Both the position numbers and the translations under genes were made by a program. This document shows, piece by piece, positions 25,570 to 39,980 of a DNA stretch of 64,000 bases (its first letter is position 1; each line of letters starts with the position of its first letter). The notes beneath the pieces were generated by a model. That model worked only from the letters and a program-made list of their open reading frames with translations. It did not search any database and had not been told where the DNA came from. This DNA comes from Eledone cirrhosa (lineage: Eukaryota): the NCBI GenBank assembly GCA_964016885.1, contig OZ024747.1, forward strand, positions 9,796,001 through 9,860,000. Reading direction: 5' to 3'.

Positions 25570-26900
25570 CACTTATAGATTCTTGTCATTTCTCCAACAC
25601 TTTGAGGACCTTATCTTCAGTGAACTCAAATGCTTGTTCATATAAACCAAATAATAAAATCCTGTGTTCTATTGAACACTTCAAGCCAATCTAGCAACAT
25701 TTCTATCAATGGCCTAACTGTTTCATTCATATCTGTCAAAGACTGCTACAGATGCTTAACCCTTTAGCATTCACATTACTCTATATATACTATTGTATTT
25801 TCAGAGAAAAGGCTTTACTCCACATAAATATCTCACATAATATCGAGTCTTTGAGATTTTGATACTATTTATTTTGTGAAGAATACCTTAAAGTCAGTAT
25901 GAGGGGACAGTTATGGCCAGTTTCAACAGAAAGCTGTGAGAGAATTCTGGTCGGATATGCCTGGTTTAAATGCTAAAGGCTTAAGGATAGATAGAAAATA
26001 TATCCTATGATGGTATCTATAACAAGGAATGTGTTACCAGGGAATATAACATCCGAATAAGAAAAATGTGGACTTCTGAACTCTCTCCACACAATAAATC
26101 AGTGGCCACAATGTGTTTGCTGTGTCTGTCCTACACTAATGTTTGGAATACTGGATTAGATGCTAGATGAAATCCAAGCTATTGATGTTAAAACATGAAA
26201 AATCCTAACTAACATCAGAACAACATAGACTGCCTCTACCTGAAACATAGAGGTAGAAGCTTCAGATCAATCCATACAGCATTTGAGTGTTGCATCATAT
26301 CTTTCCAACAACATCTATTAGCCACCAAGCGTAGGAGCCCAAATATTGAACAAATTTGTCCACATGGGACAGATAATATCATGAAAGTTGGGAAGAAGCT
26401 CCTTGAGAAATACTCCCTGCATGATAAAATTCACACCCAGGGAAACTGCACAGCAATACCATAATGAATTCATGGCCAAAAAGCTGCATGATTATCAGCA
26501 AAAGATCATGCATCACTATGTTGCCAGAAAGCTGCAAAGTGAGAGTAATATAGATAAGCAAAGCAGTCTATCTTGGACCAACAACTGGCATATTGGCTCT
26601 CACTTTGAAAGATATATTTTTGCAATCAAAGAACAGGAAATAACTACAAAATACCTAATTCACAAAAGAGATAGGATGCAGGTAAAACACCAAAATGTGA
26701 CAGCAGATGCAGGTTCTGTATATCATGAGTGTGAGTGTGATAAAGAATGTCACCTGTATCATAAACAGCTGTCCAAAGATGACATCAAAGTACCATCTAC
26801 CTACAAGGTATGATATAATGGCCAACATACTATAGATCTCTAGAAAGAACAGCCCTGAGAATAAACATAAAACCTTACAGTGATGTGGAGAACATATGAG
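25570..26900 (+). mobile_element. Decayed R4/Dong-clade non-LTR retrotransposon (RT C-terminus + Zn knuckle)
   Basis: Fragments YNKECVTREYNIRIRKMWTSELSPHNK, FGILD.LDEIQAIDVKT, IDKQSSLSW...FERYIFAIKEQEITTKY, RCRFC...NVTCIINSCPKM...RYDIMANIL. Many stops and frameshifts. Confidence 0.72.
25760..25980. mobile_element. piggyBac-type MITE nested in the R4/Dong remnant
   Basis: TTAA|CCCTTTAGCATT...AATGCTAAAGGC|TTAA. Confidence 0.85.
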
Positions 26901-27279
26901 TGTGTGGGTAATAAAGTATGTGTGTGAAGTGTGTATAGTGTGTATATAACAAAGTATATGTGTGTGTGTAGTGTATATATAATAAAGTATATATATATAT
27001 GTGTGTAGTGTGTATATAATAAAGTATATATATGTGTGAGTGTGTGTATATAATAAAGTATATATATGTGTGTAGTGTGTGTAGTGTATATATAATAAAG
27101 TATATATATATGTGTGTAGTGTGTATATAACAAAGTATATGTGTGTGGGTGTGTATATATAATAAAGTATATATATATATATGTCTGTAGTGTGTATATA
27201 ATAAAGTATATATGTGTGTGTAGTGTGGTTGTGTGTATATAATAAAGTATATATATATATATGTGTGTAATGTGTATAT

Positions 27280-27469
27280 AATTGTTTCTACTTTTGGCAC
27301 AAGGCCAGCAATTACCCAGTGCATTACTGGTACTTTATTTTATCAACCCCGTAAGGATGAAAGGCAAAGTTAACCTCGGCAGGATTTGAACTCAGATCAT
27401 AAAGGGACGTAACTCTATGCTGCAAAGCATGGCGTCCGACCCTCTACCGATACTGCCAATCCACCGCCT
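27280..27469 (-). mobile_element. SINE family B inside a TA/TG microsatellite
   Basis: Matches the consensus. Flanked by a duplicated aatgtgtatataat. Confidence 0.9.
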
Positions 27470-27937
27470 AATGTGTATATAATAAAGTATATATATATGT
27501 GTGTAATGTGTATATAATAAAGTATATATATATATGTGTAGTGTGTATATAATAAAGTATATATATATATGTGTGTGTAATGTGTATATAACAAAGTATA
27601 TATGTGTGTAATGTTTTTTAATAATAAAGTATATATATATATGTGTGTGCAGTGTGTATATAATAAAGTATATATGTGTGTGTGTGTGTGAAAGACTGTA
27701 AATGTGTGTGTATGTATATGTGTAATAGTGTATACAAAGTATGTATATGTTTATATATAGCCGACTAGAGACAATTAATGTGTGTGTGTATATATATATA
27801 TATGTGTATGTGTAATAAAGTATATGTGTAGTGTGTGTGTGTGTATGTATGTGTAATACAGTATATATATATATGAACGAGTAGGATCCCGACGGCTAAT
27901 TCTAATATATAGAGAGAGATATATAGATACATATGTG

Positions 27938-27972
<35 letters not shown>

Positions 27973-27987
27973 AATAAAGTATGTGTA

Positions 27988-28019
<32 letters not shown>

Positions 28020-28880
28020 GTAATACAGTATATATATATAGAGAGATATATAGATACATATGTGTATATATATATATATGTGTGTGCGCGTGCATGTGTG
28101 TGTGTATGATAAAGTGTATATATATATATATTGTGTATCTATGTGCAATACAGTATATAAAGTATATATATATGTGTGTGTGTGTGTGTATGTATGAGTA
28201 ATACAGTATGCGTGTGTATGTGCGTATGTTTATATATATAGCCTACTAGAGACAATCATAGCAATACTAACTAGAATTATCTTCCTTTATTAGACATGGT
28301 TTTACTGTCAAAACACGTCGTCCGTCGTTCTAACCATTCTACTTGAGAGCAAACAATACAATACTCCATACAGCAGGTTTGTCAACTCTTTATATATCGA
28401 TCTATCTATCGAAACATATCTATCTATCTTTATGTTTATATATATATATATACACACACATATATACCTACCTATCTATCTATATATATATATACACACA
28501 CATATATACCTACCTATCTATCTATATATATATATATATACACACACATATATACCTACCTACCTATCTATCTATCTATCCATATATATATACACACATA
28601 TATACACACATATATACCTACCTATCTATCTATATATATATCCATATATATACCTGTCTATCTATCTATCTGTGTATCTATATCTATCTGTGTATCTATC
28701 TGTCTATTTATATATTTAAAGAAAGAACCTTGTATATATTTATATCATGTCCTCTCCGTTTAGTTTCTATTACGGTTCTGTATTTTTCTTTCTTTCTCGA
28801 TCTTCGGGATAGTAGAATGTAAATATATTATAGAGAAAACGCCCGACGGCTGAACTCTTGCCGTTTCAACAACAACATAC

Positions 28881-28913
<33 letters not shown>

Positions 28914-29164
28914 CATATATATATATAGGCACGCACACACACATACATACATATATATATAGGCACACACACATACATACAAATATATATAGGAACATAT
29001 ACATGCATACACACACACACACACACACATACATAGGAATATATACATACATATACACACACCTTCTGGTACTTTCTTTAGGCTTCTCGGAAATGTGAAA
29101 GTAGTGAAAACGTTAAACTGCTGTTTTTGCGTAATGTGTCATCAGACGAAAAAAGTAAATTACA

Positions 29165-29741
29165 TGTGTGTGTTGTATGTATATACATATATGTATTTAT
29201 ATACATACGTGTGTGTGCATTTATATATATGTGTGTATGTATGTATGTATATGTGTCTGCTTGTAAATATATATATATATGTGTGTGTGTATATGTATGT
29301 ATTTGTGTGTGTGTATGTATATGTGTGTGCTTGTATATATATGTGTGTGCGTGAGTGTCTGCGTGTGTATGTATTTATATATATATATGTGTGTGTGTGT
29401 GTGTTTGTGTATGCATATATATATATATGTATGTGTATGCATATATATATATGTATGAATGTGTGTGTGTATATATATATATGTATGTGTGTGTGTATAT
29501 ATATATATATGTGTGTGTGTATATATATATATGTATGTGTGTATATATATATATATGTATGTGTGTATATATATGTATGTGTGTGTATATATATATATAT
29601 ATGTATGTGTGTATATATGTATGTGTGTATATATATATATATATGTATGTGTGTATATATATATATATGTATGTATGTGTGTATATATATATGGATGTAT
29701 ATATATATATATATGTATGGAGGTGTATATATATATATGTA

Positions 29742-29772
<31 letters not shown>

Positions 29773-29827
29773 CTGTATGTATGGGTGTGTATATATATAT
29801 ATATATATCTGTATGTATGGGTGTGTG

Positions 29828-29860
<33 letters not shown>

Positions 29861-30007
29861 GTATGTATATGTATGTATATGTATGTATGTATGTATGTAT
29901 ATGTATGTATGTATGTATATATATATGTATGTATATATATATATGTATGTATATATATATATGTATGTGTGTATATATATATATATATATCTGTATGTAT
30001 GGGTGTG

Positions 30008-30078
<71 letters not shown>

Positions 30079-30121
30079 GTATGTATGGGTGTGTATATAC
30101 ATATATATATATATATGTATG

Positions 30122-30158
<37 letters not shown>
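29165..30158. repeat. (TA)/(TG) compound microsatellite
   Basis: Direct inspection. Confidence 0.96.
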
Positions 30159-30164
<6 letters not shown>

Positions 30165-30656
30165 TGGGTATGTCTGTATTAGTCATTGTAAGGCGGTGAA
30201 TTATGAGATTCGGAAAAGAGTTGCGTAAAATACGTTCTTGTATTTATTCCGATTCTCTTCCATCGATTGACTTTACCATTCTCTCTTTCCTGGGTACTAG
30301 TCTAATACTGGAATTGGTACCCCCTATATTCCACCTCTACCCTTTTGTCTCTCCCTGTTTCTCCCTATTCTGTCTGTATTTTAAAGGTCCAGTTTTGTGA
30401 CGTAACACGAGGCCGGTTTGGTTAAATAACTGCGTTATGGGTTCCACATGTCTGTAGAAGACTGCTAAGTCATCGGCGAAATCGACGAAGACTCCCCCAG
30501 TAGTCACATAGAATAATTCTTTATTCTATAAATGTATCTAATTGTCGTTTTCTGTAAGATAAGTGTATATTATCTTATAGCTATACAGAAATGGGTGTGT
30601 GTGTTTGTTTGACAAAAACCTCGATGGTACAGGGGGGAGGGGCTCACACACATTGT

Positions 30657-31975
30657 GGTGGGCCTCAGTGTAACCAGTACTAGACTTACCTATAAACTAT
30701 AGCTTAGGGCCACACACCCTCGGGTGAGCTTCCGTGTAGTCAGTACTGGACTTACCTATAAACTATAGCTTAGGGCCACACACCCTCGGGTGAGCTTCCG
30801 TGTAGTCAGTACTGGACTTACCTATAAACTATAGCTTAGGGCCACACACCCTCGGGTGGCCTCAGTGTAGCCAGTACTGGACTTACCTATAAACTATAGC
30901 TTAGGGCCACACACCCTCGGGTGAGCTTCCGTGTAGTCAGTACTGGACTTACCTATAAACTATAGCTTAGGGCCACACACCCTCGGGTGGCCTCAGTGTA
31001 GCCAGTACTGGACTTACCTATAAACTATAGCTTAGGGCCACACACCCTCGGGTGGCCTCAGTGTAGTCAGTACTGGACTTACCTATAAACTATAGCTTAG
31101 GGCCACACACCCTCGGGTGAGCTTCCGTGTAGTCAGTACTGGACTTACCTATAAACTATAGCTTAGGGCCACACACCCTCGGGTGGCCTCAGTGTAGCCA
31201 GTACTGGACTTACCTATAAACTATAGCTTAGGGCCACATACCCTCGGGTGGGCCTCAGTGTAGCCAGTAGTGGACTTGCCTATAAACTATAGCTTAGGGC
31301 CACACACCCTCGGGTGAGCTTCCGTGTAGTCAGTACTGGACTTACCTATAAACTATAGCTTAGGGCCACACACCCTCGGGTAGCCTCAGTGTAGCCAGTA
31401 CTGGACTTACCTATAAACTATAGCTTAGGGCCACATACCCTCGGGTGGGCCTCAGTGTAGCCAGTACTGTACTTACCTATAAACTATAGCTTAGGGCCAC
31501 ACACCCTCGGGTGGGCCTCAGTGTAGCCAGTAGTGGACTTACCTATAAACTATAGCTTAGGGCCACACACCCTCGGGTGGGCCTCAGTGTAGCCAGTACT
31601 GTACTTACCTATAAACTATAGCTTAGGGCCACACACCCTCGGGTGGGCCTCAGTGTAGCCAGTAGTGGACTTACCTATAAACTATAGCTTAGGGCCACAC
31701 ACCCTCGGGTGGGCCTCAGTGTAGCCAGTACTGTACTTACCTATAAACTATAGCTTAGGGTCACACACCCTCGGGTGGGCCTCAGTGTAGCCAGTATTGG
31801 ACTTACCTATAAACTATAGCTTAGGGCCACAACCTTCGGGTGGGCCTCAGTCTAGCCAGTTCTGGATTTACTTATAAACTATAGCTTAGGGCCACACACC
31901 CTCGGGTGGGCCTCAGTCTAGCCAGTTCTGGACTTACTTATAAGCTATAGTTTAGGGTCAGACACCCTCGGGGTC
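30657..31975. repeat. 65-66-bp minisatellite, ~20 copies
   Basis: Unit agtactggacttacctataaactatagcttagggccacacaccctcgggtgggcctcagtgtagcc. Confidence 0.97.
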
Positions 31976-32315
31976 CTCAGTTTTTAAATATATATTTTAT
32001 TTTATCATTAGTTTATATTCTTTAACACTAAATCATCAAAGATTTCTCTCGTTGTCTCTCGATATAAACTGTTCATCAATCTACACCATTTTTATTTCTC
32101 CTCCACCTCCCAGCTACACGTTTTTATTTCATTTAAATATTATTTTTTAATTGTAAAGATAATTACATAAGCTATTCCTCTACTAATTATTAAAAAAAAA
32201 ATTCTACATAGGTTGTTCTCACCATTATGAAAGGTTTTACTGGCACCGAAAGTGAGAAGATTATCGTAAACAGAAACATTTATCGTCATCTTTGGTAGCT
32301 TAGTCTCAGGAAAGC

Positions 32316-32493
32316 ATGCTTAATGTGCCTGGAGTTATGTCTAGTCATTGGTATCGTCTGCTGTGACTGAGAAGACGATGCTTAATGTGCCTGGATTTAT
32401 GTCTAGTCATTGGTATCGTCTGCTGTGACTGAGAAGACGATGCTTAATGTGCCTGGATTTATGTCTAGTCATTGGTATCGTCTGCTGTGACTG
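32316..32493. repeat. ~62-bp tandem repeat, 3 copies
   Basis: Unit atgcttaatgtgcctggatttatgtctagtcattggtatcgtctgctgtgactgagaagacg. Confidence 0.93.
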
Positions 32494-32883
32494 TGCAGAC
32501 CGATGCGTGAGTGACAGTCCTTGTTGCTATTGATTGATCATGGTAAGTCGATATATGTAGAATCCTGGGTTGTTGGTATGTCTGCGATGTGCTATTTTCG
32601 GTCCTTCTTTTCAGCCACAAGTTGACGTCTTTTCACATCTAGATCTGCCAGGTATCGCCGTCTCCAGCCTGTCCCTCCCTGAAATATTAAAAGAAAGTAA
32701 ATAAACACAGTTAGAAGAGGCAGTAAAGGATGAACGCTAGCCTTGTCAATTCTCCTCGTCTGACGGGAGATTTGCAATAGCAAATTGTCAATTTTAACTT
32801 TCATCTTTTTTAGGTCGATAAAAAAAGTACCAGTCTAGTACTGGGTCGATTCTTCCTCTAATATCCCTTTATCTCTATCTATC

Positions 32884-32926
<43 letters not shown>

Positions 32927-33441
32927 TTATCTATCTATCTCTCTGCTGCTTTCAAACATGGAGAGGAGATGGACCTCTGCCAGGTTTTTAAAACGTCTTG
33001 AGCATTTTGTTAAAACCCGGGAGATTGATTTTATTGTAAATGCTAATGCGCAATATCTTAAAATAAAAATTGAAAAAAGAGAACTGAAATTGAAAGCTTG
33101 CTGTGAATAGGAAGCTAAATAGAAATGAATGGATGACTGGACTTGTTAGTCACCTATACATCTACAATAGTATTTTATTTTTATCAAAGCTCCTTCATCC
33201 TCTCCTAACCCTTCTATCATCCTCTTTCCCTGTCCTCTTTGTAGAAACATCTAGAAAACAGGTGGTAGGACCCTTTTTCTTTTTTCTTCATTTAATGTTC
33301 TGTCACTTCGAATACCACTGGATAAACCTTTGCATATATGTGCATGTGTGTGCATATATATATATATGTGTGTGTGTGTGCATATATATATATATATATG
33401 TGTGTGTGTGCATATATATATATACGTGTGTGTGTGTGTGC

Positions 33442-33474
<33 letters not shown>

Positions 33475-33960
33475 CGCATATATATGTGTGTGCATATATG
33501 TTTGTGTGTGTGTGCATATATATGTGTGTGTATGTGTGCTTATATATACATATATATATATGTGTGTGTGTGTGCATATATATGTGTTTAGCTGTGTGTG
33601 TGTGCATACATATATGTGTTTATTTGTGTGTGTGCATATATATATGTGTTTATCTGTGTATGTGTATATATATATATGTCGGTGTCTGGCTTAGTCATAT
33701 AGAGTTACAGTCTGTTTCAATAGAGAAGGAAGTCACCGTCTTCTGTTTATGACTCAACAGATTAGAATATTCAGCAGTAATTTATTTAGTCAGATCGATA
33801 AATAGTAAATTACTGACAGGGGATATAAGAGGAAGGTGGGAGTCATCCCGTCAGCTGGGTCAAGGCCCAGATATCAAAGGAAAGGCAAATGGATATTTGA
33901 TTGCACCACTAAAAAAAAACTCCCGATTCCCTTGAATTTTGCCACCCCCTTTCTCCGCAG

Positions 33961-34572
33961 ATGGGTTGGGGACTGAAAGCAGTCTTGACCGTTGGTTTAA
34001 GGACTGAGAGTAGTCTTAACCATTGGGTTGGGGACTGAAAGCAGTCTTGACCATTGGGTTGGAGATTGAAAGAAGTCTTGACCGTTGGGTTGGGGGTTGA
34101 AAGAAGTCTTGACCATTGGGTTGGCGACTGAAAGAAGTCTTGACCATTGGGTTGGAGATTGAAAGAAGTCTTGACCGTTGGGGACTGAAAGTAGTCTTGA
34201 CCGTTGGGTTGGGGACTGAAAGAAGTCTTGACCGTTGGGTTGGGGACTGAAAGTAGTCTTAACCATTGGGTTGGGGACTGAAAGAAGTCTTGACCGTTGG
34301 GTTGGGGACTGAAAGTAGTCTTAACCATTGGGTTGGGGACAAAGTAGTCTTGACCGTTGGGTTGGGGGTTGAAAGCAGTCTTGACCGTTGGGTAGGGGAC
34401 TGAAAGTAGTCTTAACCATTGGGTAGGGGACTGAAAGTAGTCTTGACCGTTGGGTTGGGGATTGAAAGCAGTCTTGGCCGTTGGGTTGGGGATTGAAAGC
34501 AGTCTTGACCGTTGGGTAGGGGACTGAAAGTAGTCTTGACCGTTGGGTTGGGGGTTGAAAGCAGTCTTGACC
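33961..34572. repeat. 31-bp minisatellite, ~20 copies
   Basis: Unit gggttggggactgaaagaagtcttgaccgtt. Confidence 0.95.
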
Positions 34573-35019
34573 TCAACTTTGGCAAAAAATTGTTCTCAAA
34601 GGAGGCTCTAATTGCTTCGTGGTACTAAGTTACGTCCCTTTATATTCTGAGTTCAAATTTTTGCTGGGATTATTTTCGCCTTTTTTATCTTTCCATGAGG
34701 CGATAAAATAAATACCAGGCCAAGTTCTATGACCGAATTCATTCGTCTTTAGATATATCCCGCCTTTCTGTTTTATAAATCGATTTATTTATGCCGCTGT
34801 GAAAAAAAATCAATATCTATTTTAGCCAATCGTACAGTTTAATGTGAGTGGAATGGCGTACAATGTAGCAGACATAGTTTCTTTACCTCTTTGCTTTTTT
34901 GTTGTTTTTTTAGATCAAATGGACGGAGATAAAATATTGTTCATGATATAAGGGGGAGGGGGGTCAAGACCGGATTAAATCCTTTTGAAGCCTCAGGAAC
35001 TTAAAATATTTTGATATCC

Positions 35020-35477
35020 ATGTGACCCTGGGTAAACACTTTATTGTGGCGCTGGGTGAACATTTCATTGGGGCTCTGGGTGAACATTTCATTGGGGCTC
35101 TGGGTGAATATTTCATTGGGGCTCTGGGTGAACATTTCATTGAGGCTCTGGGTGAACATTTCATTGAGGCTCTGGGTGAACACTTCATTGTGGCCCTAGG
35201 TGAACACTTCATTGTGGCCCTAGGTGAACACTTCGTTATGGCACTGGGTGAACACTTCATTGTGGCTTTGGGTGAACACTTCGTTATGGCCCTGGGCGAA
35301 CATTTCATTGGGGCTCTGGGTGAACACTTCCTTGTGGCCCTGAGTGAACACTTCATTGTGGCCCTGGGTGAACACTTCCTTGTGGCCCTGGGTGAACACT
35401 TCATTGTGGCGCTGGGTGAACACTTCATTGTGGCCCTGGGTGAACAATTCGTTGTGGCCCTGGGTGAACACTTTATT
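35020..35477. repeat. 24-bp minisatellite, ~19 copies
   Basis: Unit tgtggccctgggtgaacacttcat. Confidence 0.95.
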
Positions 35478-35544
35478 GAAACACTTGCCTATTATTTATG
35501 GTGGCAAATAACAATTTGGGGATTTTATGGGAACGTGGGGAGGA

Positions 35545-35718
35545 GAAAGTCGATTACAGCAACACCAGCACATGACTGGTACTTAATTTTATCGACCTCG
35601 AAAGGAAGAAAGGCAAAGCTGACCTCGGTGGGATTTGAACACAGGACGTAAAGGGACATAACTAAATGCCGCAAAGTGTTTTGTCCGACGCTCTCACGAT
35701 TCTGGCAATCCACCACCT
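35545..35718 (-). mobile_element. Older SINE family B copy (further diverged copies at ~36545-36735, 37135-37277, 37870-38016, 40320-40455, 61393-61510)
   Basis: ctggtacttaattttatcgacc...ggcaaagctgacctcggtgggatttgaac. Confidence 0.8.
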
Positions 35719-35739
35719 TTCATTGATTTATAAATCTGA

Positions 35740-36060
35740 ATCGGAAGTTGTCGACTGCAGTTACTTAGTCACGTGGCGGAAATATGAATGAAATGTTTCT
35801 AACAGATCTTAATTATTCCCAAACTATACTCCATTATAGAACGAGAAAGGGGCCAGAATATATTAAAAGGCTTTAAAAATCCTGAATAAAGGGTTCATAT
35901 TTTTGCCATTGTATGAGAGAAATAAAGTTTTATGTAAAGTGTGCAATGTTGAAAGATAAACATCAAAACAACAACAACAAAAACACAGTACTGCTGTAAA
36001 TTCAAATTCGTAATAATACACTGAAAGGTTACACCGGAAGTGTTGCACTGAGACGTGGAT
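35740..36060. promoter_or_regulatory. Candidate promoter-like island (ETS, E-box and E2F-like motifs)
   Basis: CGGAAGT at 35742, GTCACGTG at 35768, GGCGGAAA at 35775 and ACCGGAAGT at 36033, in non-repetitive sequence. Confidence 0.3.
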
Positions 36061-36114
36061 AAGTTATCCAGTCATGTGAAAATTCGTATTGATTGAAATT
36101 TAGGCACAAAGCCA

Positions 36115-36372
36115 GCCGGATTGTATATCCAGGACTATCTCGTTCCTGGTATATATATAATACAGCTAGATTGTATATCAAAGATTATATCGTTCTTGAT
36201 ATATAATACAGCTAGATTGTATATCAAAGATTATATCGTTCCTGGTATATAATACAGCTAGATTGTATATCCAGGACTATATCGTTCCTGGTATATATAT
36301 AATACAGCTAGATTGTATATCAAAGATTATATCGTTCTTGATATATAATAGAGCTGGATTGTATATCAGGAA
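36115..36372. repeat. ~46-48-bp minisatellite, ~5.5 copies
   Basis: Unit agctagattgtatatcaaagattatatcgttcctggtatataatac. Confidence 0.9.
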
Positions 36373-38299
36373 GTATATCTTAACACTTTCTTCTTCATGT
36401 CAAATTGAACTAAACTAGCAGGTACTTCGGTGACGTGGTTGCAGTTAAGGGCAGTGTGACTTAGTTAGAGAGGGTTTTTGGTTGCATATATATATATACA
36501 TATCGTCATATTTAAATCATTAGAATTAGATTGTTAAGACAATGGACTCGTAGAATCGTTCGAACGTCAGACAAAATGCCTTGCGGTATTTAATTATGGA
36601 CCTTTACATTGAGGGTTTAAATCCCGTCTTTCATCTTCTGGGGTCGATAAATAAAGTACCCAATCAAGTATTGATGTTGATTTAATCGATTAACCCCTTC
36701 CTCCAAAACCGTGGCGTTGTGTCTAAACCAGAAACGTTTATTATTGCTGTTGTTGCTTAGTGCTCCAGGTCAGCCCTGACTTATCAGGCCTTTGAGAAAC
36801 GAGTTTCCAACCGTGACCTACCTACATTTTATAAAGGTACATAGTCTGTCTACGACTATATTAACCAATGATATGAGAATAACGGATCAGCGTCGTGTCA
36901 TATAGAAATCAAATGATCAGATGTTGATCCCTTTTTCGTCAGGCAGTTACAGTATCTTCTCTTCATCTGTATCCCATACCTCCTGGGGGAGTCGTAGGGG
37001 CGCCATATTGACATACGGCGTTTCTAGGGTATTTTAAAACCTGGCGGAGTCCATCTCGTATCCAGGTCTGAATACTGTAGACTGATTCCAGAGAAGAATA
37101 GGTGGGAGAATGGAAGTGAGAAAGAGATATAGAGGAAGAATCGACCCCAGTACTAGACTGGTACTTTTTTATCAACCTCTAAAGGATGAAAGACAAAGAT
37201 GACCTCAGCGGGGTTTGAACTCAAAGTGCAGAGATCTGGAACTATTACCACAAAACATTCTATTCGACTTTCTAACGACTCTGCTGCCAATTTGCCTTAC
37301 AACAGCTAAATCTCCGCTCAAATCACTGAACCATCTTAAAAAGAACGACACATTGGCCTATATAGTCTTAGTTTGACTGTGTATGAATAAAAGACAGCTG
37401 GACCAGCTTTCATTACAAGTCTGCTCATTCGTAGTTGTTCTGTAACTAAACAAAAACAATTAGTAATTTACTAATGTTTACATCTAAAGAATTTGTCTCG
37501 TTTTCAGCGAAAATAAAACGCTATTATGAAATCAGGCAATTGAGTTTGTTATTTAAAATATCTACATTAATTATTTAGAAGAGAAAAAAAACAATGTTCA
37601 CAATTAATTATAAATATATACTAATGTGTGTGTTTTTTTTTTATATTAATCCTTTGTTAATTGTCAGTTAATTAATAAACAAAGGTAATTAAGTATAATT
37701 TATATCTCTATTAAAACTAATTAGAACATTTTTAACGCTTCAGCTGTTCTGTCTAGGTTTCATTCCAGCACACACCTATCGTTTTCCATGTAAACAGTCA
37801 AATCTAGAATTACATATGCAACCATTCCGGCGCTAACCGGTGTTTGGGGGTCCTTCAAATAATTTGTTCCAATATACTTGGGCTTGGGTTTTTATTTCAC
37901 TGGTTTTCTATTAACTTCTCGAAAGGAAGAAAGTCAAAGGTCTGTTAACTCCGAATATTAAGGGTCATAAGTAACAGCCACCAGACATTTTGACCGACCC
38001 TCTCGCGATTCTGCCGATCATGTGCACACACTTGCACGCATACATGCACACACACACATACTCATACACACACACATACACTTGCGCACACACACACACA
38101 CACTCATACACGCATACTCACACAGAGACGCACGCATACGTATACACACACACATAAACGCACCCACATACTCACACAGACACTCACATATACGTACACA
38201 CGCACACATTCAGAAATAGTTGATAACCGAGTTTTCAGATGTGTTTCAGCCAAGTTACTAGAAATCTGACGATGTTGTGTACGAGATGTGATTGCTCTT

Positions 38300-38395
38300 G
38301 CCGACATATACATGTTCCTGGCCGACATATACATGTTCCTGGCCGACATATACATAAACCTGGCCGGCATATATATATATACATATTCCTGGTCA

Positions 38396-38455
<60 letters not shown>

Positions 38456-38620
38456 TCTTGGCCGGCATATATACATGTTCCTGGCCGGCATATATGTATA
38501 TACATGTTCCTGGTCGGCATATTTACATATTCCTGTTCGTCGGCATATATATACATGTTCCTGGCCGGCATATATACTTATTCCTATTCGGCATATATAT
38601 ATACATGTTCCTGGTCGGCA
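38300..38620. repeat. Variable ~21-25-bp tandem repeat with TA expansions
   Basis: Unit gccggcatatatacatgttcctg. Confidence 0.85.
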
Positions 38621-39675
38621 TATATATATATATATATATATATACATTGAATCTTTCATAACATTTTTTATATTTAAATCATTCAACCATGAACTGGCGG
38701 TGGTTGTTGTTGTTGTGGCTGTTGTTGTTAGTGTTGTTAGTGTTGTTGTTGTGGCTGTTGTTGTTAGTGTTGTTGTGGCTGTTGTTGTTGTGGCTGTTAG
38801 TGTTGTTGTGGCTGTTTTTGTTGTTAGTGTTGTTGTGGCTGTTTTTGTTGTTAGTGTTGTTGTTAGTGTTGTTGGTGTTGTTGTTGATGGTGGTGTTATT
38901 GTTGATAATGATGATGTTGGCATTATTGTTGTTTTGTTATGTTGTTGTTGTTGCCAGTCAGTTAGACAAGCTGTTATCTTTGTGTAAGTTACAGAGAAGT
39001 GTCTGGTGTAGGAGGGGGGGGGGGGGTCAACATTTCATGTTCAGAGCCCGGAAACACACACACACATACACACACACATATCTTCAGATATATGTACACA
39101 CACACACACACATCTACATATATGTATATACACACTATATACAACATACATACACGCACACATACATACTTATACATACGCACACATACACACACACACA
39201 CATACACATATCTTCAGATATATGTACACACACACACACACATCTACATATATGTATATACACACTATATACAACATACATACACACACACATACATACT
39301 TATACATACGCACACATACACACACATACAAACACACACGCGCGCGCACACACACACACATTAGAATAGATCTCAAATTACATGGTTGTGATGGCGGCGG
39401 CAGTAATGTCAGTGTGGTGGGGGGTGGGAACGATTACGGATACAAGGGAAAATCAGTTCTGGTGAAATTTGAACTCAACACCGGAGAAGACTCATCTAAA
39501 TATATCAATACATTTAGTCCGGCCACACTATCACGTGGTCTGTTTAATAATAATTATAAACACAAATATTAGAGTGATCTCCCTTACATCACGTTTGCAT
39601 TTTTTTATCTTCTGCTTCTGTAAAAAAACACTTCATTTGACTCAATTACGCCATAATTTCATTATTATTATTATT

Positions 39676-39980
39676 CTCGCCGAGGTTAACTTTGCCTTTT
39701 ATCCTTACGGGGTCGATAAAATAAAGTACCAGTAATGTACTGAAATTGCTGGCCTTGTGCCAAAAGTAGAAACAATTATTATTATCATTTTGGCAGTATC
39801 GGTAGAGGGTCGGACGCCATGTTTTGCAGCATAGAGTTACGCCGCTTTACGAGGTTAACTTTTCCTTTCATCCTTACGGGGTCGATAAAATAAAGTACCA
39901 GTCACGCACTGGGTCGATTTAATCGACTTTCCCCTCCCCCAAAATTGCTGGTCTTGTGCCTATATAAGAAACCATTATTA
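39676..39980 (+). mobile_element. Two tandem SINE family B copies
   Basis: A 5'-truncated copy followed by an internally deleted copy. Confidence 0.85.

Noticed and set aside
32500-32660. ATG|gtaagt donor plus cttttcag acceptor
   Set aside because: The spliced frame stops after 9 codons (MPQVDVFHI*). It could be UTR but is unsupported.
35022-35651. (IVALGEHF)n repeat protein ORF
   Set aside because: A 24-bp minisatellite open by chance on both strands. It runs into a SINE and has no splice or start support.
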